Made by a program: the position numbers and the translations under genes. Positions 12,595 to 25,670 of a DNA stretch of 64,000 nt are shown one piece after another (position 1 is the stretch's first letter; each line of letters opens with the position of its first letter). The notes beneath the pieces were generated by a model, which saw only the letters and a list, made by a program, of their open reading frames with translations, was not told the origin of the DNA and did no database searches. Source of the DNA: Dendrobates tinctorius (taxonomy: Eukaryota); assembly GCF_039654945.1 (NCBI RefSeq), contig NW_027361863.1:16306001-16370000 (forward strand), given 5' to 3'.

Positions 12595-13245
12595 TTAAGC
12601 AGCTGTGAGTGGAGAGGTGCTATGCCCGCGCCTCTTAACCTATGATCGACAGCGGGATTTAACACGCACGGGACAGAAGTGTGTCGCAAATCCCGTCCAT
12701 CCGCACGCTGTCAAGTGATCATGGGGCGCCGATGGGTTGTCATGATGGGGGGTGATCAGCAGAAGACCCACGTGACTGTCATTGTGAGTCTTCTGTGAAC
12801 ACCAGCTTGTGGCTAGCACTCATAGGTCATGATTCACTGCTATGTAGATCACAGCTTCAAGTCTCCTAAAAAAAATTTAAAAATGAGAAAAAAAAAAAAA
12901 AACCCTAATTCAAATCCTCCCCAACCCCTTTTGCCCTATGGGAAAAAAAAAATAAATACACATTTGATATTGCTGCGGTCATAAAAATTTCAGCTGTTAA
13001 AATATAAAGTAAATTTAATCTGATCAGTAAATGGTGTAACAAGAAACGTGGAAAAAACCAAAATGCGAGAATTTATTTTTTCTTTGCTATAACAGGCGAT
13101 CAAAACAATTATCTACCTCCAAAATGGTATTAATAGTCAACTCAAGCCACAAAAAAAGCCTTTACACGGCCCCAGATCACAGAAAATGAACATTACAAGT
13201 TTCGAAAAATGGCGACGCAAGAAAAAAACATTTCTTATTCTTTAA

Positions 13246-14684
13246 CCCCTTAGTGACTGAGCCAAATTTTTTAAATCTGACCAGTGTCACTTTTTGTGGT
13301 GATAACTCTGGAAGGCTTCAACAAATCCCAGTGATTTTGGGACTTTTTTTTCATGATACATTATACTTTATGATAATGGTAAATTTAGGTCGATATGTTT
13401 TGTGTTAATTTATAAAAAAAATATCAGAAATCTGAGAAAAATGTTAAATAGTTATTTTCAAACTTTGAATGATTATCCCTTTAATCCAGATAGTCATACC
13501 ACAGAAAAACATTAATAAATAACACTTCCCACATGTCTGCTTTACATCAGCACCATTTGTAAAATGTTATATAATTTTGTTAGTCTTTTAGGAGGTTTAA
13601 AAAGGTAGCAATAATTTATCACTTTTTCACGGAGATTTACAAAACTTATTTTTTTATTTTTTTTTGAAGGACCTATCCAGGTTTGAAATGACTTTGGGGG
13701 TCACATATATTAACAAACCCCCAAAAATGATGATATTTTGAAAACTGCAGTCAGGTGGTTTATTAACCCTTCAGATGCTTTTCAGGAATTAATGCAAAGT
13801 GCCATGACAGAATTGAAAATGTGTATTTCTACCACCTTAAGGCTATGTGCACACGCTGCGGTTCCGGCTGCAGCAGTTCTGCAGACAGTGTACAGTAGCA
13901 TGTTATCCTATGGGATTTACATTCTGCTGTGCACATGCTGCGGATTTTTAACTGCAGAAAAGCTGCGGTTTTGAATCCGCAGGATGAATTGACATGTCAT
14001 TCTTTTCTGCGGCTTACAATCTCCTCCATTGTAGAGATGGTAAATTGCAGGTCATTTTACCTGCTGTTCTGCAGATAAAAAATCCGCAGCGTGTGTATAG
14101 TGACCTGCGGTTTATCTGCGGATTGAGACCTGGACAATGGAACAGGTGGCAAACCGCTGTGGAATCTGCAGAAAGATTTGACATGCGGATTTAAAACCGC
14201 AGCAAAATCGCATGGAAAAATCCACAGCATGTGCACTACGGATTTGAAATCCCATTGGCTAACACTGTACTGTACACGGTCTGCGGAACAGCTGCGTATC
14301 AGCAGCGTGTGCACGTACCCTTACGCCACTAACTTCTGAACGGGTTACAACAGCCGGCAGACTCTAAGGCTGCTATTTGGTGGTGAAATGCCATGGCAAA
14401 TATCAGGACCACATGATGATGATCTGAGAGCACCAATCGGTATAAAGAGGGGAGCCCCCTCCCCCCACCCCCCAAATCTGTTAACCATTTATATGATGTA
14501 GTCACAATTGACAGCAGCATCTAAGGGATTAAACAGATATGGACGGTGCTAATACCGATCGTGGCTGATGCAGCAAGTTGTCGTCTATAGGGTCCAGCCA
14601 ACCGATGATGGATTGTCGCCTGTATGGGGATGATATTCTCATATCTCAGGTCAGTTAAAAGACGTTTTGGTGGTCATTAAGGAG
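13246..14684. mobile_element. Non-autonomous piggyBac-like element
   Basis: ttaa|ccccttagtgac ... gtcattaaggag|ttaa. Confidence 0.75.
13841..14320. mobile_element. Harbinger-type palindromic MITE nested in 13246-14684
   Basis: taa|ggctatgtgcacacgctgc ... gcagcgtgtgcacgtaccc|tta. Confidence 0.75.
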
Positions 14685-16796
14685 TTAAAATGTTGTTTTT
14701 TGTTTTTTTTTCCACTATTTAAGTTGAAAAATAAACTATCCATGTCTGGAGTCTGTGTACTCGCACTGACCTGGAGAAACATATTTCCATTCCAGGCCTG
14801 TTTTACCATATAGTGAACGTGGTAAATAGAATTTATAGAATTGCACTTTTTTTTTTTTTTTTTTTTTTGCAATCACAGCACTTGGAATTTGCTGTTCCTG
14901 TTTTTCAGTACACAATATGGTAAAAATCAATGGTGTAATTTAAAAGTTCAACTCGTCCCACAAAATAAAAAAGCCCTCGTATGGCTAAGGGGGATGAAAC
15001 CAGAATGCTGCCGGGGAGAATAAAGTGAATTTCCTCCCGGCAGCGGGGGTCTGAGTGCCGGCATCGGGCAGGTTGAGAACATGCCGCTTTGGGGATAATC
15101 TGCTAGTTTTGAGGTGCCAGGTTCCCTTTAAACATCAACCTCGTCTTAGTAATAATTGTAAAGTGGTCACAGGACGGCAGACGTCATCTGTGAAGTGGAG
15201 AGACGCGCGGCGGCTATGACACGTTATATTCACCTTTTTATATACATAGAGCAGGTTATATTCTATAAGGTAAATGGAATTTGTTGGGGCTCTGTCTGTG
15301 ACCGGAGCATGCGTGAGACTTCACAGCCGGTCTCCTCGATGAAGGCTCCCTGACAGATCGCCTTCGATCAAACGATCTGTTTTCTGCAGCTCCTCTGCAA
15401 ATGATGCGTCTCCGTGGTAACAGATTACAAATAAGCCGATTTTTTTTTTTTTCATAGCCGCAGTAATTGAGGGGAAGGGGAAGGTGATGGCTGACGCTGC
15501 AGGATCAGACCACATGGGGTGTTAGGTACTAAAAGCCACGGACACATCTGCACTGGGGCTGCAGACGCAACCAGAAGAGATGTCATAATATAGACTTTGC
15601 AAAGATGGATTAATTTTCAATAAATTAAAAAAAAAAAAAAAATTGGAAGGGAAGTTGGATATAATAGTCACCAAAAAGTGAAGTGATTCCAGCTAGAGGA
15701 GCTGTATGGGATATACCTCCGTGTCGGTGCAGGCAGCCGCTGCCGTCATGTTGCAGCATTAAATGCTTGTTCACATTGGGGAACTTTTTTTTTTTTTGCA
15801 TTCAGCTGGAGCAAAAAAGTTTTTTTTTTTTTTTTTTTTGCATTCTGTGGCCTTTGTTTTGCACTATGACTGGCTTCAAAATGAGGTAACAGTGGATCCA
15901 TCAGTGAGCTCGTTTTGACAGTCTGATTTAAAGTGTGTAACTCTTATCTATTATTTTTTTTAAGACCACAGATGGGGAAAAAGGCCCGTAAGAGCCAAAA
16001 GCTGCCAAGTGTTTAATGAAACCCAATTGCAATGCTGATTTTTAGCCACAGAATGGCCTGCTGCGTTTCCAGGGAACGCACACTCTGGGCCTCTGGGATA
16101 AGTGTTTTTTTCCTAAGTTTACAGAACGGTAGAAGCGATCACCTCTGCCGTGTGCACACCTCCAACGCTCCCAAAAACACCTGGGAACTTTGAAAAAGGA
16201 AGTGTTGGGAAAACTTCCAGAAAGTTTGTTGTGTGCGACGCTGGGAAAATCCAAAGCGAGACTGAGCTGCTGCGTCCAAACGGAAAACTCGGAAGGGACA
16301 TGAATGCTGTATGAGGGGTGTGGCTTCTGAGAAGGGGCGTGGTTAGAGCCCTTCTCACTTTAAAAGGGTGAGAAATTATTACAGGATGTGATCGGTGGAA
16401 ACTTGCTGACCACTGGGGTCCGGCCGCTGGGACCTGAACCCCCACAAAAAAAAGTTGAGTGCAACACTCAGCAGCCCACAGGCAAAGCATGGAGCGACAA
16501 GTGTCCCTCTGGGTGCGGTCGGACCTCGCTGATCAGTAAGTTATTGGGTATGTGAAGCCTTGTTGTCACTGGACAATCCCTTTAAGTATGAGCTCACAAC
16601 AGGTGTTCATGCTCCCAAACGTTGTGACCCCCCTATGCGCACTCTGACATAACTCTACATCATAGTCACGAGGTGCAATACTGCAGCAGCGACCTGAGTG
16701 AGCGCCGATCGCTGCTGCTTAACCACTTAAATGCTGCTGTCAGTCCCCCCATCCTGAGTGATGTGACCACTCGGTGCCTGGTGGATTACTGATATA

Positions 16797-18375
16797 CAGC
16801 TCTGGCGAAAACTTAAGAGACCAATGCACAGTTTTATAAAAATCAGCTTCTCTACATGTCTGGCACCCATTCCATTCCAGTGTCAGTTGAATTCCAACCA
16901 GAGTACACCTCATTCTACTTCATGTGCTTCTGATTAGGTGATCACCTGAACCAAATCTTATTTAAGGAAGGAAAGTATAAAAAACCCTGCTGTGGTGTTC
17001 ACAATCCTCTTGCAATAGGACAAGCTGGATGGCAAAACAAGTGCTAGTAATATCCCAAAAGTAATAGGAATGAAAAAATAACTTTTATCCATGCCAAAGG
17101 AATTGAAAAGAAACATCTTGAGTGAGGAAAAGAAGGGCTCAATTCTGGCTATACTAGCAGAGGGGTACAGTGAGCGTCATGTTGCCTCCATCCTAAAAGT
17201 TTCTAAGACGGTAGTCCATTACAACAAGGTCAAGCAGCAGACATTGGGGACAACAAAGCTACAGACCGGCAGAGGGCGAAAATGACTCTCCATTGACCGG
17301 GATGACAGTCATCTTAATCGAATGTCACTCAGCAACCGCAGGATGACATCAAGTGACCTACAAAAGGAATGGCAAATGGCAGCTGGGGTGAAGTGCACGG
17401 CAAGAACAGTTTGTTACAGGCTCCTAGAGGCAGGGCTCAAGTCAGGTAAAGGTAGAAAAAAAAAAGCTTTACATCAATGAGAAGCAAAGGAGAGCCAGGC
17501 TGAAGTTTGCCAAAGACCATAAGGATTGGACCATAGAAGACAGGAGTAAGGTAATCTTCTGGGAGTCTAATTTTCAGCTTTGCCCAACACCTGGTCGTCT
17601 AATGGTTAGACGGAGACCTGGAGAGGCGTACAAGCCACAGTGTCTTACACCCACTGTGAAATTTGGTGGAGGATCGGTGATGATCTGGGGATGCTTCAGC
17701 AAGGCTGGAATTGGGCAGGTTAATCTTTGTGAAGGACGTATGAATCAAGTCGCAAACAAGGTTATCCTAGAAAAACAGCCGATTCCTTCTGCTCAGGCAA
17801 TGTTCCCCAACTCTGAGGACAATGCGCCATCATACCACACAGCTAGGTCAATCAATGTGTGGATGAAGGACCCCCACATCCAATCCCTGTAATGGCCAGC
17901 CCAATCTCCAGACCTGAGCCCCAGTGAAAACCTCTGGAATGAAATGAAGATGGATCGTCACAAGCCATCAGACAAAGAAGAACTGCTGACATATGTGTAC
18001 CAGGAGCGGCATAAGGTCACCCAAAAGCCGTGTGAGAGACTGGTGGAAAGCAGCCAGGACGCAGGAAAGCTGGGATTAATGGTTATTCCACAAAATATTG
18101 ATTTCTGAACTCTTCCTGAGGTAAAGCATTAGTATTGTTGGTTCTAAATGATCTTGTTTTCTTCGCATTATTTGAGGTCTGCATGTTTTTTTGCTATTTT
18201 GACCATTTCTCATTTTCTGAAAATAAATACAAAATTTTTTGCTTGGAAATTCGGAGACATGCTGTCAGTAGTTTATAGAATAAAAGAGCAATTTACATTC
18301 TACTCAAACATATAAAGAGAACAATCAGACTGAGCCTTCCGCAGTGTTCTCCTAATCCTGTAGCTAGGACCCTGC
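16797..18375 (+). mobile_element. Decayed Tc1-family transposon
   Basis: ta|cagctctggc left end; transposase fragments at 17091 (HTH, GR.R) and 17602 (PTVKFGGGSVMIWGCF, DNA), then a WPAQSPDL remnant; degenerate right TIR. Confidence 0.85.
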
Positions 18376-18679
18376 TGAAGGCCCCGGCCCCCCACCTCGG
18401 GCCTCCGGTGCAGTCGACCCTTTTTGTCAATGTCATTTTCAGTAAGGAGAGCGAGTGATCACATCGGACGATCGATCGCAGGTTCACGGCCGCCATATAT
18501 AAATCTTAAAGATAAGATTTTTAAATATTAAAAAACATGAAAAAATGTAAAGGTCTAAACCCCTCTAATCAATTAAAAAAAAAAAAAAAAATCCCCAAAA
18601 AATTGTTGCGACCTGATTGGACACCAAGATCGTAAAAGACTTCATCTAAAGAGCGACAAGGGAGCGAAGCGGTTAACAC

Positions 18680-18936
18680 AGGCGCGTGACGTCACCCGGA
18701 GACGTCTCCCAGCATCAGCTTCACACTAGAGGTCGGACTGTTAGTGTTTGATCTTTCGCCGCCGCCATTTTCCTGAAGACCGGAGTCTACGGCTCCCGAA
18801 GAGGGACATTCCACAACGGGAAAAAAAATCTTCGCGTCATCCCTGTGGATGGAACGTGGGTGCTGACGTCATCAGCCGGCGACTTTTCTCAAACACGTGA
18901 GGGAGCTGGAGCGACGAGCAGGGCTGCGGGTCTCAG
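18680..18936 (+). promoter_or_regulatory. NOP2: Probable NOP2 promoter and non-coding first exon
   Basis: CpG-rich; CRE TGACGTCA at 18687 and 18864, YY1-like GCCGCCATTTT at 18761, E-box CACGTG at 18894, donor CAG|GTGAGG at 18936/18937. The ATG exon begins with an acceptor, so it needs an upstream exon. Confidence 0.62.
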
Positions 18937-19458
18937 GTGAGGGCAGGGGGGAGCTTGGGGTGCTGGCGCGTGGCAGAGACCCCTGTGTAGGACCTCTGTT
19001 GTATTTAGAATGTGTGTGGGTAATTCTTGAAAATTAACTTATTTCGGTGGACTCTTTATTAGTATTAAAAAGTTCACTTTTATTCCTTTTCTTTCTAAGA
19101 TGTAATCCAATCTTAGTCCTGGATGAGTCCCTGACGCGCCGTCCTTTCTAGTGCAGGGGGTGCTCACTGCGCCCCCCATCATTGCACCCCTGTATGGAGA
19201 CGTCCCCCGGTTGGGGTGCAAGCTGCTGTATCCCAGAAACACTACTTCCATCTGTGAGGTCAAATGTTAGAAGGAGGAGGAGGTGTGAGACGATCTGTAA
19301 TTATAATGACCGAGCCCCCGACAGTCCTGCAGGGACACACCGCTCTCCTGACCACTGCAGCCAATCATTGACCACAGTAGTGACGTGTGTGTACAGCACT
19401 TGATTGCTGAGGCCAGTGATTGGCTGCAGCCGTGACATCAAGGATGTGTTTGATGTAA

Positions 19459-19772
19459 AGGTACTGTCACACTTAGCGATGTACCAGCGATCCCGACCAG
19501 CGATATGACGCGGTCAGGATCGCTGGTACATCGCTAAGTGGTCGCTAGTGAGCTGCCACACAGGCAGATCTCACCAGCGACATCGCTGGGGACGGGGATC
19601 GCTACTTACCTGTCACACCAGGCGATCCTGCGTCCTCCCGCCCGGCTCCACGCTCGTCTCTCCACAGGAAGCTGACGACGAGAAACAGTCCTGGACGTTC
19701 TCGCGCGACCAGCGGGGGAGCGGTCGTAGGTAAGTATCAGACACAGCGATGTCGCTTAGTGTGACAGTACCT
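19459..19772 (+). mobile_element. Harbinger-type MITE
   Basis: TIR aggtactgtcacact / agtgtgacagtacct; near-identical inverted copy at 62278-62673. Confidence 0.85.
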
Positions 19773-19929
19773 TAGCAGAGGGGAAGTTGCAGATATTTTT
19801 AGATATTTTGATAATATTTTGTGTTATTAAACAACTTTCTTGTAATAGCAGGCATCCATTTGATGCAGCATTTACTGATAATTGGCTATGATGGCAAAAG
19901 TCGTCCCCATGACAGAGAATGGATAGATA

Positions 19930-20280
19930 GATGTATTATACCCCAGAGCTGCACTCACTATTCTGCTGGTGCAGTCACTGTGGACATACATTACTGATCC
20001 TCAGTTACATCCTGTATTATACCCCAGAGCTGCACTCACTATTCTGCTGGTGCAGTCACTTGTACATATATTACTGATCCTGAGTTACATCCTGTATTAT
20101 ACTCCAGAGCTGCACTCACTATTCTGCTGGTGCAGTCACTTGTACATATATTACTGATCCTGAGTTACATCCTGTATTATACCCCAGAGCTGCACTCACT
20201 ATTCTGCTGGTGCAGTCACTGTGTACATACATTACTGATCCTGAGTTACATCCTGCATTATACTCCAGAGCTGCACTCAG
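19930..20280. repeat. Minisatellite of about 80 bp
   Basis: Unit catcctgtattataccccagagctgcactcactattctgctggtgcagtcact..., about 4 copies. Confidence 0.9.
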
Positions 20281-20440
20281 ACATTTATTTGGTCTCCACC
20301 AGCAGAATGGTGTTAGATGCCTCATATATCGTTCTTGCACCTGGGAGAGGACACTGACATCCCCTGCTTGCAGGCTGACAATGTATAGACGCAGGTACAC
20401 ACACTTGTGACTACCTGTAGATTTATTCTGGAAACAAGAG

Positions 20441-21370
20441 ATAATAATAATACATTTTATTTCTATAGCGCCGACATATTCCGCAGCACTTTACATTTCA
20501 GAGGGGATTTGTACAGACAATAGACATTATAGCATAACAATAATCACATAGATCATAACAGATACCAAGAGGAATGAGGGCCCTGCTCGCAAGCTTACAG
20601 TCTATGAGGAAAGAGGGAGACACGAAAGGTGGGTGGTAACAGTTGCCCTGATTGTATGGACCAGCCATAATGTTAAGTGTGTAACAGTACAGACACAGAG
20701 GGCTAATGGATGCATAAAGCATGTGGGAACATGATGCGGGGATCCTGGTTATGGTAAAACTTTTGGCTGTGCCACACAGGGATAGATTAGGTTAATGTGT
20801 TGAGGCGGTAGGCCAGTCTGAATAAATGTGTTTTCAGGGCACGCTTAAAATTGTGGGGATTGGGGACTAATCGTATTGACCTGGGAAGTGCATTCCAAAG
20901 AATTGGTGCAGCATGTGTATAGTCTTGGAGATGGGAGTGGGAGGTTCTGATTATTGAGGATGTTAACCTCAGGTCATCAGCAGAACGGAGGGCGCGGGTA
21001 GGGTGGTATACTGAAACAAGGGAGGAGATGTAGGGTGGTGCTGAGCCATGGAGAGCTTTGTGGGTGAGGGGTAATAAGTTTATACTGAATTCTGGAGTGG
21101 ATGGGTAGCCAGTGTAATGACTGGCACAAGGTAGAGGCATCGGTGTAACGATTGGTGAGGAATATGATCCTGGCTGCAGCATTCAAGACAGATTGGAGAG
21201 CGGAGAGTTTGGTAAGCGGGAGACCGATTAGAAGAGAGTTACAATAGTCGAGACGAGAATGAATAAGAGAAGCAGTAAGAGTTTTTGCAGAGTCAAAAGT
21301 AAGAAAAGGTCGAATTCTAGAAATGTTTTTGAGGTGCAGATGACAAGAGCGAGCCAGTGATCGAATGTGG
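20441..21370 (-). mobile_element. 5'-truncated L2-clade LINE (ORF2 C-terminus and 3' tail)
   Basis: MNAAARII...LHWLPI..RIQYK, LWNALP..IR, FKRALKTHLF; 3' end gcggaatatgtcggcgctata plus (ATT)n on the minus strand. Confidence 0.88.
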
Positions 21371-21374
21371 GGGA

Positions 21375-21794
21375 GATGGCTCGGTCTTTAGGAGCGCTGA
21401 GGCAAACAAGGGGAAAGATTAAAAAAGTTGAAGGCGCAAAACTTTATTTAAAACTTTGCACTCCACACCGCGTTTTGTTAGCGACATGCCATCTTCCTCT
21501 GGCGGTACAAAAGAAAATGAGGGGAAATGACATATTTAAAGGGAGATTGCACCAATAGGAAACAATAGTCAATTAAGATCATAAAACACTCTTAAAATGC
21601 CAGAGAAAATGAAATGACAGACAAAAAAATAGGATAACCAATAAAAATGATATAAATAAAAAAAAAAAAACACAATAAATTGATCACTGACCAACAACAT
21701 TAGCTATAGTTAAATTTAACCCTTCAGGGGCCAAAGTGCCCAGTTTAAAAATCCAATAACGTTCTCTATTAATAAGACTCCCCAAACGATCAGG
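21375..21794 (-). mobile_element. Penelope-like element 3' fragment
   Basis: Minus strand 21794-21684 reads PDRLGSLINRERYWIFKLGTLAPEGLN..., the GIY-YIG endonuclease C-terminal motif, followed by a hammerhead-like remnant and AATAAA. Confidence 0.72.
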
Positions 21795-22574
21795 AGCAGT
21801 ATCAGCGACCTGAAGCGCATCACTAAAATGCCGGATCAGCACGGAATTCCGTCTTCCTCACCTCCTCGTTCTCACCGGGGTTGTGTAGGGGTGCCCATCT
21901 CCATGAGGTTAGTGGCCCCTTGGCCCTTTTAGCTGCACAGTCCCCTAGACCAGCAGGTTCTTCTCATGTGCGCTCCCCAGTGTTCACCTCAATAGTCCGG
22001 TTAGGGGGTCTGCATTAGGGGGTGTACTGTTATGCTGTTATTACGTCAATAATACACTTTATCTCTTTATGGCCTGTTTGCCATAACTTTCCTCTTGTCA
22101 CTGCCATATATCAAGGGACGAGTTGCAGTTTTGACTTTCACCATTCACTTTACCATATAATGTTCTGAAAAAAGGGAAAAATTCCAAATGCAGTGAAATA
22201 TTGGAAAAAGAAAAATGCAATTTCCGACATTGCGGTAAAAGTGACCTGGAAAGCGAACTCTCCGGGTCCGGACAATTACGGTGATGACGACTTATGTATT
22301 TTTTGATCGGCTCCCCGAGATCGCTCTGCGGGTGGGCAATAGCCACCTGGACAACACGCCTTAAATGGCAACGCCAGAAAGTAACAGCGACATTTTAAGT
22401 GGCTTACCGCTGCGACTGGAAGCATCCGGGAAGGGGTTAATAAAAACCCAATAAAGATGTTGTGTTTTTTTTGTTGTTTTTTTGTTTTTTACTGGTGCTT
22501 TGACTTGAAATTCGTTCTCTGTTCCTCTTACAGCCGCTTATAAAACACCTCTGCCGTATCCCTAAAATTTCATC

Positions 22575-22683
22575 ATGGGAAGGAAGTTGGACCCGCTCAA
22601 GAAAGTGCCCCGAGGACCCGGCAGGAAATCAAGAAAGCAACCGGGAGCCGAAAAGGAGCTGAGCAAGATCCTGAGCGACGGTG
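22575..22683 (+). CDS. NOP2: NOP2 coding exon 1 (28S rRNA m5C methyltransferase, NOL1/p120)
   Basis: Acceptor ends at 22533; MGRKLDPLKKVPRGPGRKSRKQPGAE...; donor G|GTAAGG. Confidence 0.92.
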
Positions 22684-23329
22684 GTAAGGGCAACATGTGG
22701 GCAACAGCCCTAGTGGGTGAAATCTCCTGCATGCCCACATTTGGACTGCTGTGCTGGTGAATGGGACCTGTGCTGGGCCTTAATTAAAGGGGTTGTCCAG
22801 GACTTAGAAATTGATGGAGAACGCATTAATATATCAGTGCGAGTCCAACTCCCGGCAATCCGGACCATCAGCTGTGGATGTATAAAGAGAGCGCAGTGCA
22901 CGCCCCAGAAAAGCAAAGATCCGTACACCATGTAGTGGCCGTTTTCAGGTACTGCAGCTCAGATCACAATGACTTTAATAGGAGCTGAGCTGCAGCACCC
23001 GAGAACGACCAGTGCACGGTGTATGGAGAAGAGCTGCTCTGGCTAGTTGCCAATATGAGACAACTATGTAATGATCTGTCCGTATAACAAGCTAAAAGCG
23101 AACTCGCACCTCCCATTCTGAGCGTCTGGACTCCCCAAATTTGGACTGAGAGGTGTAAGCTAATAGTTTGGGGTTCCATTCACTGAGTGCAAGTGGAGAT
23201 TTACAAAAGCCTTTTTTCATCCTGGCTTTTTTTTTTTTTTAATAGATTTTGATGTTGATATCCCTTCTTTAAGCATTTTCTAATATTGATAAAGTAAGTT
23301 GATTTCTTTTCTTTTTTTTTTTTTTACAG

Positions 23330-23369
23330 ACGCCGAAGTAAAACGCCTGTCCAGCCGCAGCAGAAAGAG
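23330..23369 (+). CDS. NOP2: NOP2 coding exon 2
   Basis: ttacag| DAEVKRLSSRSRKR |gtgagg. Confidence 0.88.
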
Positions 23370-23524
23370 GTGAGGGTCTGCCACGTGTGACTTGTGTGTG
23401 TGTGTGTGGGGGGGTGTGTGCTGTGTGTGAGTTGGGGGGATGGCGTGGGGGTCTTCCGTCTGTGACTTGTGGTCCTTTTTATTAGATGTATTATTCATCT
23501 TACTTATTCTAAATCCCATCACAG

Positions 23525-23592
23525 AGCAGCAAAAAGACGGCAGGCGGAAGAACAAAAAGTAAAGTCGAGTAAACCTGAAGCAAAGCACAATG
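23525..23592 (+). CDS. NOP2: NOP2 coding exon 3
   Basis: tcacag| AAKRRQAEEQK...KHN |gtaaga; phase-consistent. Confidence 0.85.
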
Positions 23593-23669
23593 GTAAGAAG
23601 TCTCCTGCTGCGTCCCGGCTGCACGAACGTCTTACTTGTTATCACCGCTTACATCTTACCGTTCCTTAG

Positions 23670-23977
23670 GTAATGCACAAGCCGTCCAGAAAGGGAAGAA
23701 AAAATTGTCAGGATTCAGTGATGAGAATGCAGAGTGGCTAAAACCTGTCAAGAGAGCAAGGAAGGACAAAGATGACGACGAGGATGAGGAAGAGGATGAA
23801 GATTTCAGTGATGAAGAGGTAGACAGCGGAGATGAGAAACCTGTAAAACTAGTAGGAGATGATGATGATGAGAGTGGAAATGATGAACCTGCTGAAGAGC
23901 TGGAGCTTTCCGACAGTGATGATGACCTACAGGATGACTTTGGCGCTTCCTCGGAGGAAGAAGAGGATGGTGGTGAT
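23670..23977 (+). CDS. NOP2: NOP2 coding exon 4 (acidic region)
   Basis: ccttag| GNAQ...GFSDENAEWLKP...DDFGASSEEEEDGGD |gtaggt. Confidence 0.87.
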
Positions 23978-24075
23978 GTAGGTCCTTCAGCATCTTGCAT
24001 TCTTCACCTGCTTTACTCTTTACATGTTCGTTTGTATTTCATATATTCTCGCTGTGACTTCTCTTCTTGTTATAG

Positions 24076-24125
24076 CTTCTCCCAATTGAGAAAGCTGCTG
24101 AAAAACAGAAGAAAAAGAGTAAAAG
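24076..24125 (+). CDS. NOP2: NOP2 coding exon 5
   Basis: ttatag| LLPIEKAAEKQKKKSK |gtaaaa. Confidence 0.87.
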
Positions 24126-24164
24126 GTAAAAAAAAAAGAAGATTTGGTAACCTATAGACTTTGT

Positions 24165-25670
24165 GCTACTCCCTGTCCTTCCTTCTCTTCCCCTGCTCCG
24201 TAGTGGTGCTCCCTGCCCCTTCTTCTCAGCCTCCTGCTCCATAGTGATGCTCTCTGACCTTCCATCTCTGCCTCCTGCTTCTTAGTGATGCTCCCTGCCC
24301 TTCCTTCTCTGCCTCCTGCTCCGTAGTGATGCTCCCTGCCCTTCCTTCTCTGCCTCCTGCTCCGTAGCGATGCTCCCTGCCCTTCCTTCTCTGCCTCTTG
24401 CTCTGTAGCGATGCTCCCTGCCCTTCCTTCTCTGCCTCGTGCTCCGTAGTGATACTCCCTGCCCTTCTTTCTCTGCCTCCTGCTCCATACTGATGCTCCC
24501 TGCCCTTTCATCTCTGCCTCCTGCTCCATAGTGATGCTCCCTGCCCTTTCATCTCTGCCTCCTGCTCCATAGTGATGCTCCCTGCCCTTCCATCTCTGCC
24601 TCCTTCTTCGTACTGATGCTCCCTGCCCTTTCATCTCTGCCTCCTGCTTCGTACTGATGCTCCCCGCCCTTTCATCTCTGCCTCCTGCTCCGTAGTGATG
24701 CTCCCTGCCCTTTCTCCTCTTTCCCTGCTCTGTATTGATACTTCCTCCCCTTCTTTCTCTGCCTCCTGCTCCGTACTGATGCTCCCTGCCCTTCCATCTC
24801 TGCCTCCTGCTCCGTAGCGATGCTCCCTGCCTTTCCTTCTCAGCCTCCTGCTCTGTACTGATGCTCCCTGCCCTTCCTTCTCTGCCTCCTGCTGTGTACT
24901 GATGCTCCCTGCCCTTCCTTCTCTGCCTCCTGCTCCGTAGCGATGCTCCCTGCCCTTCCTTCTCTGCCTCCTGCTTTGTAGTGATGCCCTCTGGCCTTCT
25001 TTCTCTGCCTCCTGCTCTGTGTTGATGCTCCCTGCCCTTCCTTCTCTGCCTCCTGCTCCGTACTGATGCTCCCTGTCCTTCCTTCTCTGCCTCGTGCTCT
25101 GCAGTGATGCTCCCTGCCCTTTGTTCTCTTGCCCTGCTCCGTAGTAATACTCCCTGCCCTTCTTTCTCTGCCTCCTGCTCCATACTGATGCTCCCGGCCC
25201 TTTCAGCTCTGCCTCCTGCTCCGTAGTGATGCTCCCTGCCCTTCCTTCTCAGCCTCCTGCTCCATACTGATGCTCCCTGCCCTTCTCTGCCTCCTGCTCT
25301 GTAGTGATGCTCCCTGTCCTTCCTTCTCTGCCTCGTGCTCTGCAGTGATGCTCCCTGCCCTTTCTTCTCTTTCCCTGCTCCGTAGTAATACTCCCTGCCC
25401 TTCTTTCTCTGCCTCCTGCTCCGTACTGATGCTCCCGGCCCTTTCAGCTCTGCCTCCTGCTCCGTAGTGATGCTCCCTGCCCTTCCTTCTCTGCCTCCTG
25501 CTCTGTAGCGATGCTCCCTGCCCTTCCTTCTCTGCCTCCTGCTCCGTAGTGACGCTCCCTGCCCTTCCTTCTCTGCCTCCTGCTCCGTAGTGATGCTCCC
25601 TGCCCTTCCTTCTCTGCCTCCTGCTCCGTAGTGATGCTCCCTGCCCTTCCTTTTCTTCCACCTGCTCTGT
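24165..25670. repeat. 41 bp pyrimidine-rich minisatellite in a NOP2 intron
   Basis: Unit ctgcctcctgctccgtagtgatgctccctgcccttccttct. Confidence 0.93.

Larger units (their letters stand above)
9190..14990. mobile_element. Older TTAA-anchored non-autonomous element interrupted by the nested insertions listed next; right end uncertain
   Basis: Begins ttaa|cccattcac; sequence resumes across the TTAA sites at 9275/12595 and 13242/14685; shares internal motifs with 9279-12594. Confidence 0.45.

Noticed and set aside
21830-21865. Minus-strand GTGAGGAAG-ACGG-AATT-CCGT, possible second hammerhead half
   Set aside because: The GAAA core is missing; too short to support.
23656-24000. Ser-rich antisense ORF
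   Set aside because: Mirror of the Asp/Glu-rich NOP2 exon.
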